Source: Octopus sinensis | Taxonomy: Eukaryota | DNA length: 64,000 nucleotides | NCBI RefSeq assembly: GCF_006345805.1 | Contig: NC_042998.1 | Location: forward strand, 112,840,001-112,904,000 | Direction of reading: 5' to 3' | In this document: one piece after another, positions 52,548-60,569 of the stretch | Layout of the letters: every line of letters starts with the position of its first letter | Position numbering within the stretch: position 1 is the first letter of the stretch | Program-made: the position numbers and the translations under genes | The notes under the pieces: model-generated | The model's database searches: none | Seen by the model: only the letters and a program-made list of their open reading frames with translations | Told to the model about the DNA's origin: nothing

Positions 52548-55500
52548 CAAGCTTTGTACATTTTCTATCAGCTAAATTTAGCTCATAAGGCATGGTCAGC
52601 TTGGAGCAATAGAAGAACACTTGCCCAAGGTGCTAGCTTCCTGCACACGTGTGTGTGTGTGTACTTGGTCCAACTCATGCCAGCATGGAAGATGGACATT
52701 AAATGATGATGATGATTGTATGTGTGTGCAGCTGGGCCTCCTTGTCTTGACATTGTGTGATAGCCGTAAATGAATATCACTAGCTGTGTCATTCATTTCC
52801 AATCTTCCATGAGGAAATTTTATCTTGCTTGGAAACAAGTGAGAGTTGGTGATTACAAGGAATGTAGCCATAGTAAATCTACTTCAGCAAATTTCCTCTG
52901 GCCCATGCAAGCATGAAAAAGTGGACATTACAACAAAGATTATGATAATTGAATCTCTTCTACATGAGTGAAAACTTGTTACACATAAACAGAGTGCATT
53001 GTATACAAGCTTTTTTCTTGGCAGTTTCTTTACAGTTTCAATGAAGATAAAGGATCTGTGCCCTTGACTTTTGTAAGACAAGTAAGATTGATGCAGTTGT
53101 CATTCAGCTTGAGCAGCTGCAAGTTGATTATTGTGAGGAACATGTGGCTTGGAAGTAAACAACATTTGGTTGCAATCAAAAAAGGAACCAAACAGAAAGA
53201 AAATCAGAAGATAGCCTGAAAAGTACAACAACTTACCAGCAATACCGAAAGCTGATTCAGATTTAAACAACCCAGAACCACCTTTTAGAATACTTGATAG
53301 GGGTCTATTACCCGATTCGATCATTGCAAGTGTATTACGCACTTCATCTGCTGTGTACACTTTCTGCAAGAAAGAAAAGACAGATTACGGTCAATATAAT
53401 CCCCACCACTCCTACTACTAGCACTATCATTACCATTATTTTAAAACAATCTTTTTATTTAAATTCTAAATGAAATTATGGTAGGCTCTCATAGTCTAAG
53501 AAAGGCAGCTCTGCCATTTCATGCTAAACCTGACAAATGATTCGTTTATAGTGATCAAGTGTTTGTGCAGTACATCAGCTCACTATCTCCATGAAATCAG
53601 TGTTGCTCAAACCGGTGCACAATGTACTACATGTCAGGTATTGAAGTGATCAGAGAGTAATGTGAGAAGAAGTGTTTTGCTCAAGAACTCAATACATCAC
53701 CTGCTCCAGGAATTGATTTCACAATCCTGAGTGCAACACCCTAAACACTAGGCCATGTACCCTCAGTAATTCTAAATGATAGCAGTCATATAAAAAGCAA
53801 ACATATAACTTCCTCCCTGCAATCACAGAAGCCCTTTTCATAGTCTCTGAAACAGGTGGGAGATCTTCAAACTGGAGATCTGACCTGAATGTTCACAACA
53901 GGGTGTGCTCAATAAATAGCAGTCAACAGCCAGATGGATTTTAAACTGGGTGACGGATTAATTCTACCATCTAAAAATATCTCTGCACAGGATTTCCATA
54001 CTGTTTTGCCTATCAAGTTTGTTTCATGAGACTTTGCTTGACCAGAAGTTACAGTAGAACACACTTGTGTAAGGTACAACACAGTAGGATAAAACACAAA
54101 ACTTACATAGTTGCACAGCAAAATTCTTAAACATACAGCAATGCTTGCATCCATATAATGTTTCTGTACAAGACAATTTCACTTACTTTAGCTGACATCA
54201 ATGTAGAATACATGTCAGAAATTTCTGGAAATGATACCTCTTATAGACTAAAATCTCTTGCAAATGACTCAGTAGATATGGCACTAAGCTACAAGATCAG
54301 GAATCTTAAGATCATAGCCACTGAGCACAGTGTATTCGGATACATTCATGAGTTCAGATTCAAATCAGAAATTAAGAACTAAATCTTCTGGATATGTTTT
54401 CTACAATAAGCTGGTATTCTATCATAGGAAAAGTGACTTATCTGCTTTATCACTGGAAGTAAACATAAGCACCATTCATCCTGAATTGTTAGCTTACTTT
54501 TCAAACATCAGACTCACTCCCCACAGTATACTCCCATTCAATTTATAACTCTAATTTTACATTCATCTCCCTTGCCTTATTTCAAAGGAATATATTTTAT
54601 TTGATAAAGCTATTGAGACATTAAGTATGTTTATGAAAGATAAAAAAGTAAAAGTTGATTGAAATTTTTTAACCATACATGAATATTGAATAACTGTAGA
54701 AAATTTGAAAAAAAAATGGATGCAATTTATGACCTTACCATGTCATCTTCCATAATTAGGTCACGTGGCTCATTTCTATGTATCTTGAGAATGCGAAACT
54801 TAGTCTCATCATTATTTGAACCAACTACATATATACGCTGAAAATGAGAGAATATTACATGATACATTACCAAAAATAGAGATGGCCTATATTCAAAGAG
54901 AAAAAAGGCAAATAATAGTGAACTACAGATTTAAACACACTAACTGTAGATTTCCTATTCATGGAAGATTATACATTGTTTAATTACAAAAGATTCTCTA
55001 ACCAATGAAGGAACCTTTATGTGGTCGTTCAAACTGCTGAAAGTAACAGCCAAGTCTCCCTCAAACCACCTTAAAAAAGAAATGTTGGATAAAGGTGCCA
55101 TGGATTACTTGGACATAACAAAAAGATGGGATGGTCATGACTGTAACATCTAAGTTATAACAATAACTAAAGATTTTCACTTCTAAAGAAATCAGTATGT
55201 CAACAACCAGTAAAGACAAACCAATAAGGGAACTTCTACAAGGGAGTTGCACCTGCAAGAAATAGCAGACAAATGTCATTCATATCCAAATCCTGCCATC
55301 TTGAAAAGGAAGGGACAGAGTGGATAATGTAGTCTGGAAAATGTAATGCCCAACATAAGTACAGTGTAGTTATAGTTGGAATGCCTTTCATTATAGGTTT
55401 GTTGAATCAGCCCTAACCAGGAGCTAAATATTAGCAACAAACAGTTCTACAAATTTTATAACATGCACCTTCAGCTGAAACAGTAAATATCCACTATGAT

Positions 55501-58479
55501 TGCTCAACCCGCTCAAAATAGCAACTAAATCTCCCTCAAATCACTCTCTTCAAAAAAAGAATCAGATACAATGGATAATGTAATCCAAAATACACTATCA
55601 TGAAAATAAAAGATCCAATGGTCAAGGAACCTCTAATCTTTCACTCTGCTCAAAATAGTGGCCACATCTCCCTCAGACCACACTCTATCAGCTTTAAAAA
55701 AAAAGGCACATTGGAAAATATATTCTTAGACACAGCTTGTTAGACTAAACAACAAGATGGAACTTCTGCTGTAGGTTTGCTCAATTAGGTTACACTTGTG
55801 GCTAAACAACAATAATAATAAACCTTTTAGATATTGAGACAAATTCAATACTGATTTCTAACATTGGCACAGTAATTGACTAGTTGTTTATTCTATTGAT
55901 TTTAAGTTAACATTGGCAAGATCTGAACTCAGAATTTGAGTACATAAGCCAGTTACACCCTACCATTAGAGGGAACCTGTAGAAGAGGTAGACCCAGGAA
56001 GACCTGGGATGAGGTGGTGAAGCATGACCTTTGAATGTTAGGCCTCACGGAGGTGATGGCAAGTGACCAAGATCTTTGGAGATATGCTGTGCTTGAGAAG
56101 ACTTGGCAAGCCAAGTGAGACCATAACCGTGGCCTATGCCAGTGCAGCATAACCAGCCCATTTAAGAGTACCCTTCAATCATTGGGCAATAAACTGCACT
56201 TGTTGAGTCAAGTGAAGTCATTGTCATGGCTGATGACCATGCCGGTGGCACTTAAAAAGCACCATTCAAGCGTGATCATTGCCAGTGCCAGCTGACTGGC
56301 ACATAAAAAGTGCCATTCAAGCGTGGTCGATGTTAGTACCGCCTGACTGGTCCTCGTGCCAGTGGCACATAAAAAGCACCTCGGAGTGGTTGGCGTTAGG
56401 AAGGGCATCCAGCTGTAGAAACTTTGCCAGATCAGATTGGAGCCTGGTGCAGCCTTCTGGCTCACCAGCCCTCAGTCAAACCGTCCAACCCACGCCAGCA
56501 TGGAAAGCGGACGTTAAACGACGGATGATGATGATGATAATATTATCTTCTAACGTAGAGATCATTTCTTCAAATTTAGGGAATGAATACAAATGATTAA
56601 TCGATCCCAGTACTCAAACGGAACTTATTTTATCAAACTCAGAAGGATGAAAGGCAAACTCAGCTTCGACGGGATTTGAATTCAGAACGTTAAGACACTC
56701 ATGTATATAACAAACTTTCGGAGAAGGTGTACGAGAAGTGAAAGTACTTGTAATACTTACATACACAGATAAACACATACACAAAAATACATAAACAAAA
56801 GTGATTCAGCTGAAAAAAAAAGAAAGAATTTTTCACGGAATTTGCCGAACAAATGCTTTCACTTTTCATATTTTCTCTGAAAGATTGCCATACACATCAC
56901 AAGACATTTTGTCCAACACAACTGATTCTGTCAATCCATTACTCCTTAATAAATACTTATTTCTTTCATGTGCACAACCTATCCATTTAGTAAGTGGATG
57001 AAGGTATAGTCAATATCATTAACATTTCCACATATCCAGAACTTCATATTTTATTTTATCGCCCCATGAAAGACAAAGTTAACTTAGCTAGGATTTGAAA
57101 TTAGGATGTCGAGGTCGCAAGGCATTGTCCGACACTTTCAAATAACCCATTAAAACTATTAATAACTCCGTCAACAATGAAGTGATTCTTCTCTTTCAAA
57201 TATTCGGGAAGAAGTGTCCTATCATGTCAATGAGATGAACAAGTGAATATGCTGTTCATAGTTTATAACATGAGGTTATTCCTAGTTTAAAGTTCACAAA
57301 TAGGCATAATGAAATAGCAGTTAAATCGCCACAAATCACGCTCTACTGTGCCCGTCTTTCGATAGTCCACTCACTACACACACACTGGCTAATATAGACC
57401 TAAAATAAACACTGTCTGAAAATAAGAGGGGATCGTCGTGGTAGGCACGATTTTAAGTGAAAGTGTGCTGTATCAGTGATTACCAGGTGTTAAACAACAA
57501 CGATGGGCGACATGGGAGCCTCTACGTGGACTTTCGATTTACTAGAAGTAGCAGCCAAATCTCTCAAATCATAAGGTACCGTTTAAAAAAAAAGGGCGGA
57601 TACATTATTAGATAATGTAGTCCAAGATAGGGTACATCTGAAACAAAAGGGTGAAATTGCTATGACTGGAACACCTTAGATCAAGGCTCTGCTTGATCAG
57701 CGCTAAGACAATTTGAACAAACGTAATAAAACGATACATATAACAATAATAATATTTTAATAAAATAAACTGTCCTAGTAAATTCGTGATAAGTATTACA
57801 TTTGCATAGCACAATGAATATACTGTCAAATTCCACATATGGCCTTTAGGTTGTTTTATCTAACACGGATAATATCATGCACTGTCTTGTAATATGAAAC
57901 TTTCCGAAAACCTAAAGTGGCACATAACACCAGAACTCGATATCTTAAGAGATACAGTATAGAGTAATTAATTGGGGTTTTTTTTTAAATTTATTTATTG
58001 AATAATTAATAGACATTAGATATTAGTAATTACTCAATTTTACAACTAATTACTAAGTGCAACATGTCGCTAAAACATCTTGCTTTCCGTACACTGCAGA
58101 ACACTTGCTATGCTATTAAGTACAAACTATCCCATGGAAATTTTAAAAATTAGGAATTAAAAGAGGACAGAAGACGTACACTAAAGTCTAGTTTATTCCT
58201 AATATAAAGCATCCGAGATGTGAATGAAATTATAACAAACACCCATCAAACCGTCAACGGAACACATCGGCTTTCATTTATCAATTAATTTATAATAGAA
58301 GAGTTTTATAACAACTAGTCTGTTTTCTTGACTATTATATCTATTTACCGATTTTTATATGATTTTAATGGTTAAAAACATTTAACTGCAAATAAAGACT
58401 CGTAGAAACTTACCGCTTTTGTCTCATATAACAGCAGCTTTTGCATAGAGGAAATAAATGGAACTTCTGTTTGTTTCAT
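5988..58479 (-). CDS. FIG4: Polyphosphoinositide phosphatase FIG4 (Sac3), whole gene span, 23 coding exons, 921 aa
   Basis: Hand-spliced exons total 2766 nt with continuous phase. The protein follows FIG4 from [22 protein letters not shown] through the Sac domain ([71 protein letters not shown]) to the C-terminus. Confidence 0.97.
6385..7420 (+). mobile_element. Highly decayed RTE RT fragment
   Basis: [26 protein letters not shown] in ORF 6622..6813, collinear remnants on both sides. Confidence 0.75.
7552..7629 (-). CDS. FIG4: FIG4 exon 22 (78 nt) [25 protein letters not shown]
   Basis: aaatag / gtaagt, phase 2/2 as required. Confidence 0.82.
8016..8095 (-). CDS. FIG4: FIG4 exon 21 (80 nt) [27 protein letters not shown]
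   Basis: tttttag / gtatgt, phase 0/2 as required. Confidence 0.85.
8268..8669. mobile_element. 402-bp MITE with ~28-bp TIRs and 8-bp TSD (hAT/P-like)
   Basis: TIRs gatcttttcggtttgaacagcagttttt / aaaaactgccattcaaaccaaaaagatc, GAATCTTT at 8260-8267 and 8670-8677. Confidence 0.88.
9228..9615 (+). mobile_element. tRNA-derived SINE, near full length (other copies about 12590, 14190-14460, 16590, 25765, 32545, 41690, 44390, 53930)
   Basis: tRNA-like head with B-box GGTTCAGTCCC, shared core caccttg..caagtgtcttctactatag...ccaaagccttgtgagtggatttggtag, internal (TA)(TG) microsatellite. Confidence 0.85.
9742..9976 (-). CDS. FIG4: FIG4 exon 20 (235 nt), Gly/Ser-rich and acidic linker
   Basis: tttccag / gtaaac, phase fits neighbouring exons, inside ORF 9673..10185. 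Confidence 0.85.
11242..11322 (-). CDS. FIG4: FIG4 exon 19 (81 nt) [26 protein letters not shown]
   Basis: ctcaag / gtaagg, MPK...SPFxxR motif. Confidence 0.9.
12281..12425 (-). CDS. FIG4: FIG4 exon 18 (145 nt) EKGLNDQL...[23 protein letters not shown]
   Basis: gttacag / gtaagg, PYELxS motif. Confidence 0.9.
13360..13635 (-). mobile_element. CR1-like 3' fragment
   Basis: [19 protein letters not shown]...HYT* in ORF 13510..13821. Confidence 0.88.
14944..15002 (-). CDS. FIG4: FIG4 exon 17 (59 nt) [19 protein letters not shown]
   Basis: tatcag / gtaagt, YxxWW...LPLPxDE motif. Confidence 0.93.
16235..16376 (-). CDS. FIG4: FIG4 exon 16 (142 nt) [16 protein letters not shown]...[12 protein letters not shown]
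   Basis: taaccag / gtataa, INLFLG and LWELxTDxYLH motifs. Confidence 0.95.
17016..17182 (-). CDS. FIG4: FIG4 exon 15 (167 nt) [27 protein letters not shown]...YYSNAFS
   Basis: ttttag / gtaagt, near-invariant FIG4 segment. Confidence 0.97.
17389..17950 (+). mobile_element. CR1-like 3' fragment (same family as 20088-22180)
   Basis: Near-identical to 21655-22170, ORF 17503..17796. Confidence 0.92.
18180..18882 (+). repeat. RTE-3'-end short element with eight tandem 61-62 bp units
   Basis: ccatccgttcgt unit starts at 18229, 18291, 18352, 18414, 18475, 18537, 18599, 18660, followed by the standard RTE end. Confidence 0.92.
19804..19862 (-). CDS. FIG4: FIG4 exon 14 (59 nt) [20 protein letters not shown]
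   Basis: tttcag / gtaaga, matches LYxLG...PNLxFDTDxVR. Confidence 0.93.
19866..19935. repeat. (AAT)n/(GAT)n microsatellite abutting the exon 14 acceptor
   Basis: Direct inspection. Confidence 0.9.
20088..22180 (+). mobile_element. CR1-like LINE, 5'-truncated, frameshifted RT, (ATT)n tail
   Basis: [44 protein letters not shown]...WNP, WNKLP in ORFs 20099..20803, 20704..21216, 21228..22049. Confidence 0.95.
22190..22890. mobile_element. R4/Dong-like (RLE) LINE remnant, rearranged in two orientations
   Basis: FSKD.G...GINKC on plus, KSDVDRLY and MHGQYFRE on minus and plus. Confidence 0.7.
23107..23242 (-). CDS. FIG4: FIG4 exon 13 (136 nt), catalytic P-loop [21 protein letters not shown]
   Basis: cttcag / gtaaat, CX5RT motif intact. 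Confidence 0.97.
24191..25558 (-). mobile_element. Composite non-autonomous retroelement: RTE 3' end + G-rich VNTR body
   Basis: (CAT)12 tail, about 250 bp RTE-type end, then unrelated non-coding body with 3x19, 2x183 and 3x~33 bp repeats. Confidence 0.75.
26259..29605 (-). mobile_element. RTE-clade LINE, near full length, frameshifted (APE endonuclease + RT + 3' UTR + (GAT)n tail)
   Basis: ORF 28471..29604 ([29 protein letters not shown]), ORF 27524..28498 ([30 protein letters not shown]), ORF 26890..27567 (RLRWYGH, GRPRKTW). Confidence 0.95.
30042..30158 (-). CDS. FIG4: FIG4 exon 12 (117 nt) [27 protein letters not shown]...
   Basis: atttcag / gtaagt, VxDRLxxIA...TGF motif. Confidence 0.93.
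30749..30968 (+). mobile_element. Mariner-derived MITE
   Basis: About 28-bp TIRs gggatgctgaaaagttcctggcttt / aaagccaggaacctttcagtacc, internal remnant of the transposase C-terminus. Confidence 0.8.
31218..31445. mobile_element. piggyBac-type MITE (TTAA-flanked), another copy at about 4745-4930
   Basis: TTAA|CCCTTTAGCATT ... AATGCTAAAAGA|TTAA. Confidence 0.8.
31702..31835 (-). CDS. FIG4: FIG4 exon 11 (134 nt) [15 protein letters not shown]...FDMAGVSK
   Basis: ttttcag / gtaagt, inside ORF 31698..31880. Confidence 0.96.
33376..33473 (-). CDS. FIG4: FIG4 exon 10 (98 nt) [32 protein letters not shown]
   Basis: ctttcag / gtgagc. Confidence 0.96.
33510..33720. mobile_element. Tigger/pogo-type MITE
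   Basis: About 45-bp imperfect TIRs (tacacgagtacctcggttttc...gatcatgaataaat and its reverse complement), TA ends. Confidence 0.75.
35404..35566 (-). CDS. FIG4: FIG4 exon 9 (163 nt) [13 protein letters not shown]...[21 protein letters not shown]
   Basis: ttgtag / gtaagt, conserved Sac motifs. Confidence 0.97.
35930..36102 (+). mobile_element. CR1-like 3' tip (variant subfamily, also at 14535-14650 minus)
   Basis: gttgtagtgcacctgagcactgtacacaattattatt end shared with the larger copies. Confidence 0.75.
36244..36675 (-). mobile_element. RTE 3' UTR end (distal part of the 38497-39652 element)
   Basis: catcgtcgtttaacgtc...gatgcccttcctaac...gtgccaccggca motifs shared with other RTE ends. Confidence 0.85.
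36676..38496 (+). mobile_element. RTE LINE, 5'-truncated, with PHD-like finger in RT and full 3' UTR
   Basis: RT motifs in ORFs 36402..37034, 37182..37580 and 37587..37796, (GAT)n tail at about 38469-38496. Confidence 0.93.
38497..39652 (-). mobile_element. Older RTE LINE fragment (RT C-terminal half), host of the 36676-38496 insertion
   Basis: ORFs 39433..39708 and 38670..38861 (ADDL, KTKV, GRPRKTW). Its 3' end continues at 36244-36675. Confidence 0.85.
40349..40449 (-). CDS. FIG4: FIG4 exon 8 (101 nt) [33 protein letters not shown]
   Basis: TCCTTAAC branch then ttctcttag acceptor, gtaaga donor, [10 protein letters not shown] motif. Confidence 0.96.
40450..42523 (-). other. U12-type (minor spliceosome) intron with AT-AG termini, FIG4 intron 7
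   Basis: 5' end ATATCCTTTTG, branch TTCTCCTTAAC 9 nt before the terminal AG. This is the only junction that keeps exons 7 and 8 in frame. Confidence 0.88.
42524..42655 (-). CDS. FIG4: FIG4 exon 7 (132 nt) [16 protein letters not shown]...IIHGFIGQV
   Basis: ctttcag acceptor. Phase-1 donor is ATATCCTT (U12 type). KFVWN and IIHGF motifs present. Confidence 0.93.
42991..44270 (-). mobile_element. Second CR1-like LINE family, 5'-truncated, uninterrupted 416-aa RT/C-terminal ORF, (AATGA)n tail
   Basis: ORF 43037..44287 ([46 protein letters not shown]), six CATTT units at 42991-43020. Confidence 0.95.
44777..44937 (-). CDS. FIG4: FIG4 exon 6 (161 nt) [15 protein letters not shown]...TLPE
   Basis: ttacag / gtaagt, YSYDLxHSLQYN motif. 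Confidence 0.94.
45893..45943 (-). CDS. FIG4: FIG4 exon 5 (51 nt) [17 protein letters not shown]
   Basis: ttgtag / gtaagg, conserved motif. Confidence 0.96.
46975..47815 (-). mobile_element. Gypsy-type LTR retroelement remnant: PBS + DUF7041-like gag
   Basis: ORF 47044..47490 (PPW...WLAQLEASF...IT..QKY...LP...IRDLL...Y..IKE.I...[13 protein letters not shown]...FF.KLP). TGGTGACTCCGACT at 47801-47814 resembles a tRNA-Trp PBS. Confidence 0.8.
48961..49117 (-). CDS. FIG4: FIG4 exon 4 (157 nt) [32 protein letters not shown]...
   Basis: ctgcag / gtatgg, conserved Sac N-terminal motif. Confidence 0.96.
50181..51413. mobile_element. Non-autonomous DNA transposon with ~75-bp TIRs (hAT-like)
   Basis: gtggagcattttttcacgatttttgattttgtga...atcaaa mirrored at about 51338-51413, flanks acaaatac / acaaacac. 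Confidence 0.78.
50261..50850 (-). mobile_element. RTE 3' fragment nested in a TIR element
   Basis: Same UTR motifs and (GAT)n tail. Confidence 0.75.
51485..51884 (+). mobile_element. Mariner transposase 3' remnant with right TIR
   Basis: Translates to DNAPVH...[12 protein letters not shown]...[10 protein letters not shown]...WEKCV..GGGYVEK with stops and frameshifts. Confidence 0.85.
51941..52313 (+). other. Hairpin-dense GC-balanced cassette ending in GATGATG (probable retroelement-derived RNA)
   Basis: At least nine short inverted repeats in about 370 bp. Confidence 0.55.
52487..52545. repeat. (TA)n microsatellite (others at about 14507, 30255, 30975, 33640, 39662, 51899)
   Basis: Direct inspection. 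Confidence 0.9.
53237..53363 (-). CDS. FIG4: FIG4 exon 3 (127 nt) [20 protein letters not shown]...SAFGIAG
   Basis: cttgcag / gtaagt, inside ORF 53100..53369. Confidence 0.95.
54739..54837 (-). CDS. FIG4: FIG4 exon 2 (99 nt) [33 protein letters not shown]
   Basis: ttttcag acceptor, gtaagg donor, phase 0/0. Confidence 0.95.
55000..55810. repeat. Cluster of an abundant unclassified repeat (aatagcagccaaatctccctcaaatcac motif)
   Basis: Motif recurs here and at about 5350, 14720, 25680, 32110, 40560, 41990, 57550 in both orientations. Confidence 0.6.
55950..56540 (+). mobile_element. RTE 3' fragment
   Basis: [15 protein letters not shown]-coding remnant followed by UTR and gatgatg tail. Confidence 0.8.
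58414..58479 (-). CDS. FIG4: FIG4 exon 1 (66 nt) [22 protein letters not shown]
   Basis: ATG at 58479, donor gtaagt, matches FIG4 N-terminal QKLxLYETxA. Confidence 0.92.
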
Positions 58480-58940
58480 TGTGGACGTTTTTTTTTTTTT
58501 TTTTTGTGATGTGGATTATTTAGTGAATAAATATATAGTATTTGGGTTTTATTAACACTGAGACGAAAATAATGTACGATAATTAGTAAGAAGAACAAAG
58601 TTTTGGATGAGAGACATCCTGGGTGGACTAGTTAACAAAAATTCCCATTAGTAGGGGGGAAAATACTGAAATATCTCTGGTATGAAGAGACTGAAAACTA
58701 TAGATTAAATGTAATGAGTAGGAAAATACTGAGGGTTCAGACTTCCCTCTTTCTTGGTTCCGAAATGAATGTACATCACAGAGAGTAGAAAATAGCGAAG
58801 GTGAGAACAAAATGTCTGTAATTTGTGTTGTAAACAAACTATTGGAATAAACTAGAGAGGAAATGTAAGGAAGACAATTCACTTAAATCGTCTGCTATCT
58901 ATAAAGATAACTGCCAACATGACTTATAAATCCCATTCAT

Positions 58941-59146
58941 ATTAGTTTGAAATGTTGGCACGAAACCAGCAATTTCGAGAGAAGGGTTAGGTTTATTACA
59001 TCAAGTGTTCAACTGGTACTTATTTTATCGACCCTGAAAGGATGAAAAGCAAAGTCGACCTCAGCGGAATTCCAACTCAGAATGTAAAAACAGACGAAAT
59101 GCCACTACGCATTTTGTTCAGCACACTAACGATTCTGTTAGCTCAA
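58941..59146 (-). mobile_element. Second tRNA-derived SINE family (other copies about 730-897 plus, 56590-56700, 57040-57130, 59240-59330)
   Basis: Core gaggtcgactttgcttttcatcctttcagggtcgataaaataagtaccag recurs across copies. Confidence 0.8.
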
Positions 59147-59356
59147 GGCGTTATAAATCCCATTCACATTAACGATTACTTGACTAGTTTTTTTGTTTTT
59201 TTTTATCGCTTTTTATCGAAGGAAGGAAAGTCAAAGATGACGCCTGCGGGGTTTGAAATCAGAGCGAAATTAAAAACTGCGAGCATTTTATCTGACGCTT
59301 TAAAGATTGTCAGCCCACCACCGAGCAGCGACTTACAAAAAATAGCAGCCAAATCT

Positions 59357-60057
59357 TGGTAGTTTTGACTTTAAGAGTCCCTCCTAGCGTGTGACACTTA
59401 TGCCCTCAATATTAATAAATATATTTAAGAGAAAAATTGATGGATTTTTCCCTTATGAGGTTTTTCACGCTAACTACTTGATAAATTCTTATAAAGATTT
59501 TATCCTATTTTTCAGTTGTAAATTTAACCGGAATATATTCAGTGCTGAATTTTATTCTGAATAAACACGTTGTACCGAGATGCAATTCGAAAAAGCCCAC
59601 CTTTTACATAGATGTATAAAGGTTGAACAATTCTATATGCTACGCTAGATACATTTGGTGTCAGGCTATATTCTTATAATAAAGATTTCTAGATACATTT
59701 GGTGTTTGACTGACATGTTGATTTTTGTTCATTTTTCATACAGCTTGAATTATGATTGCACTGAAGATTAAAAAGTGCATTTGTGCACTAATTATGAAAT
59801 CATATGATATGCAGCTGAATTCTGGTTTTAAAATGCTCACTTCGAAAGTTGCATTCCCTCGTATTCGGTACAATGTGTTTTTTTTTATTTTGGTGGTTTT
59901 GACTTTGAGTCCTTCCTAGCATGTGGCATTTATGTATAGTAATGCCCTCCATATTAATAAATATATTTAAGAGAAAATTTTATGGATTTTTCCCTTATGA
60001 GGTTTTCAAGCTATTTGATGAATTCTTATAAAGATTTTATCCTATTTTTCAATTGTA
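59357..60057. repeat. Pair of ~165-bp imperfect direct repeats (59357-59520 and 59891-60057)
   Basis: tggt.gttttgacttt...atattaataaatatatttaagagaaaa...ttcttataaagattttatcctatttttca.ttgta present twice. Confidence 0.85.
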
Positions 60058-60569
60058 TGCCCTTCCTAATGCCAACCACTCCATGAGCGTAGTGGGTGCT
60101 TTTTACGTGCCACCAGCACAGGAGCCAGAGGAGGCTGGCAACAACCACGATCGGTTGGTGCTTTTTATGTGCCACCGGCATGGTTACGTGTTTTTTATTG
60201 TTGTCTTTTGTCTAGGATATACGTATGTCCAGCTGTAGCACTGTCTCAGATGTGGGAGCAATACTCTATGATGGGTCTAACCTGAGTTTAGTAAAACATT
60301 GATAAACACTGAAAGATAAAGTATTTTCTTGTTTTGAAGAAGGCCAGTCTTTGCTATGTTGAAGATCTGAGTTTTGCCAGGAGAGAACCTAAGAGATAGT
60401 GAGGCCTAACATTTATAGTGATCTTAAAGGTCTTAATGTGTGTTTAGTGTGGGGATGTTTCTTGACAAGTGTAGTGACTACAAATATAACAATAACTCTC
60501 CCAATAGATGACAAACTAAATACTAAAAGAACTAATCTATAAACAAAAGAAAATGATAATAATATTGAT

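Noticed and set aside
54158-54548. Two overlapping short ORFs with coding-like look
   Set aside because: No recognisable motif or splice support. Possibly a decayed LINE, but I cannot support that.
55061-55279. Extra FIG4 exon in intron 1
   Set aside because: Lies in an abundant repeat. Exons 1 and 2 join in frame and match orthologues without it.
59357-60057. TRIM/LTR element
   Set aside because: No primer-binding site, polypurine tract or TSD in either orientation
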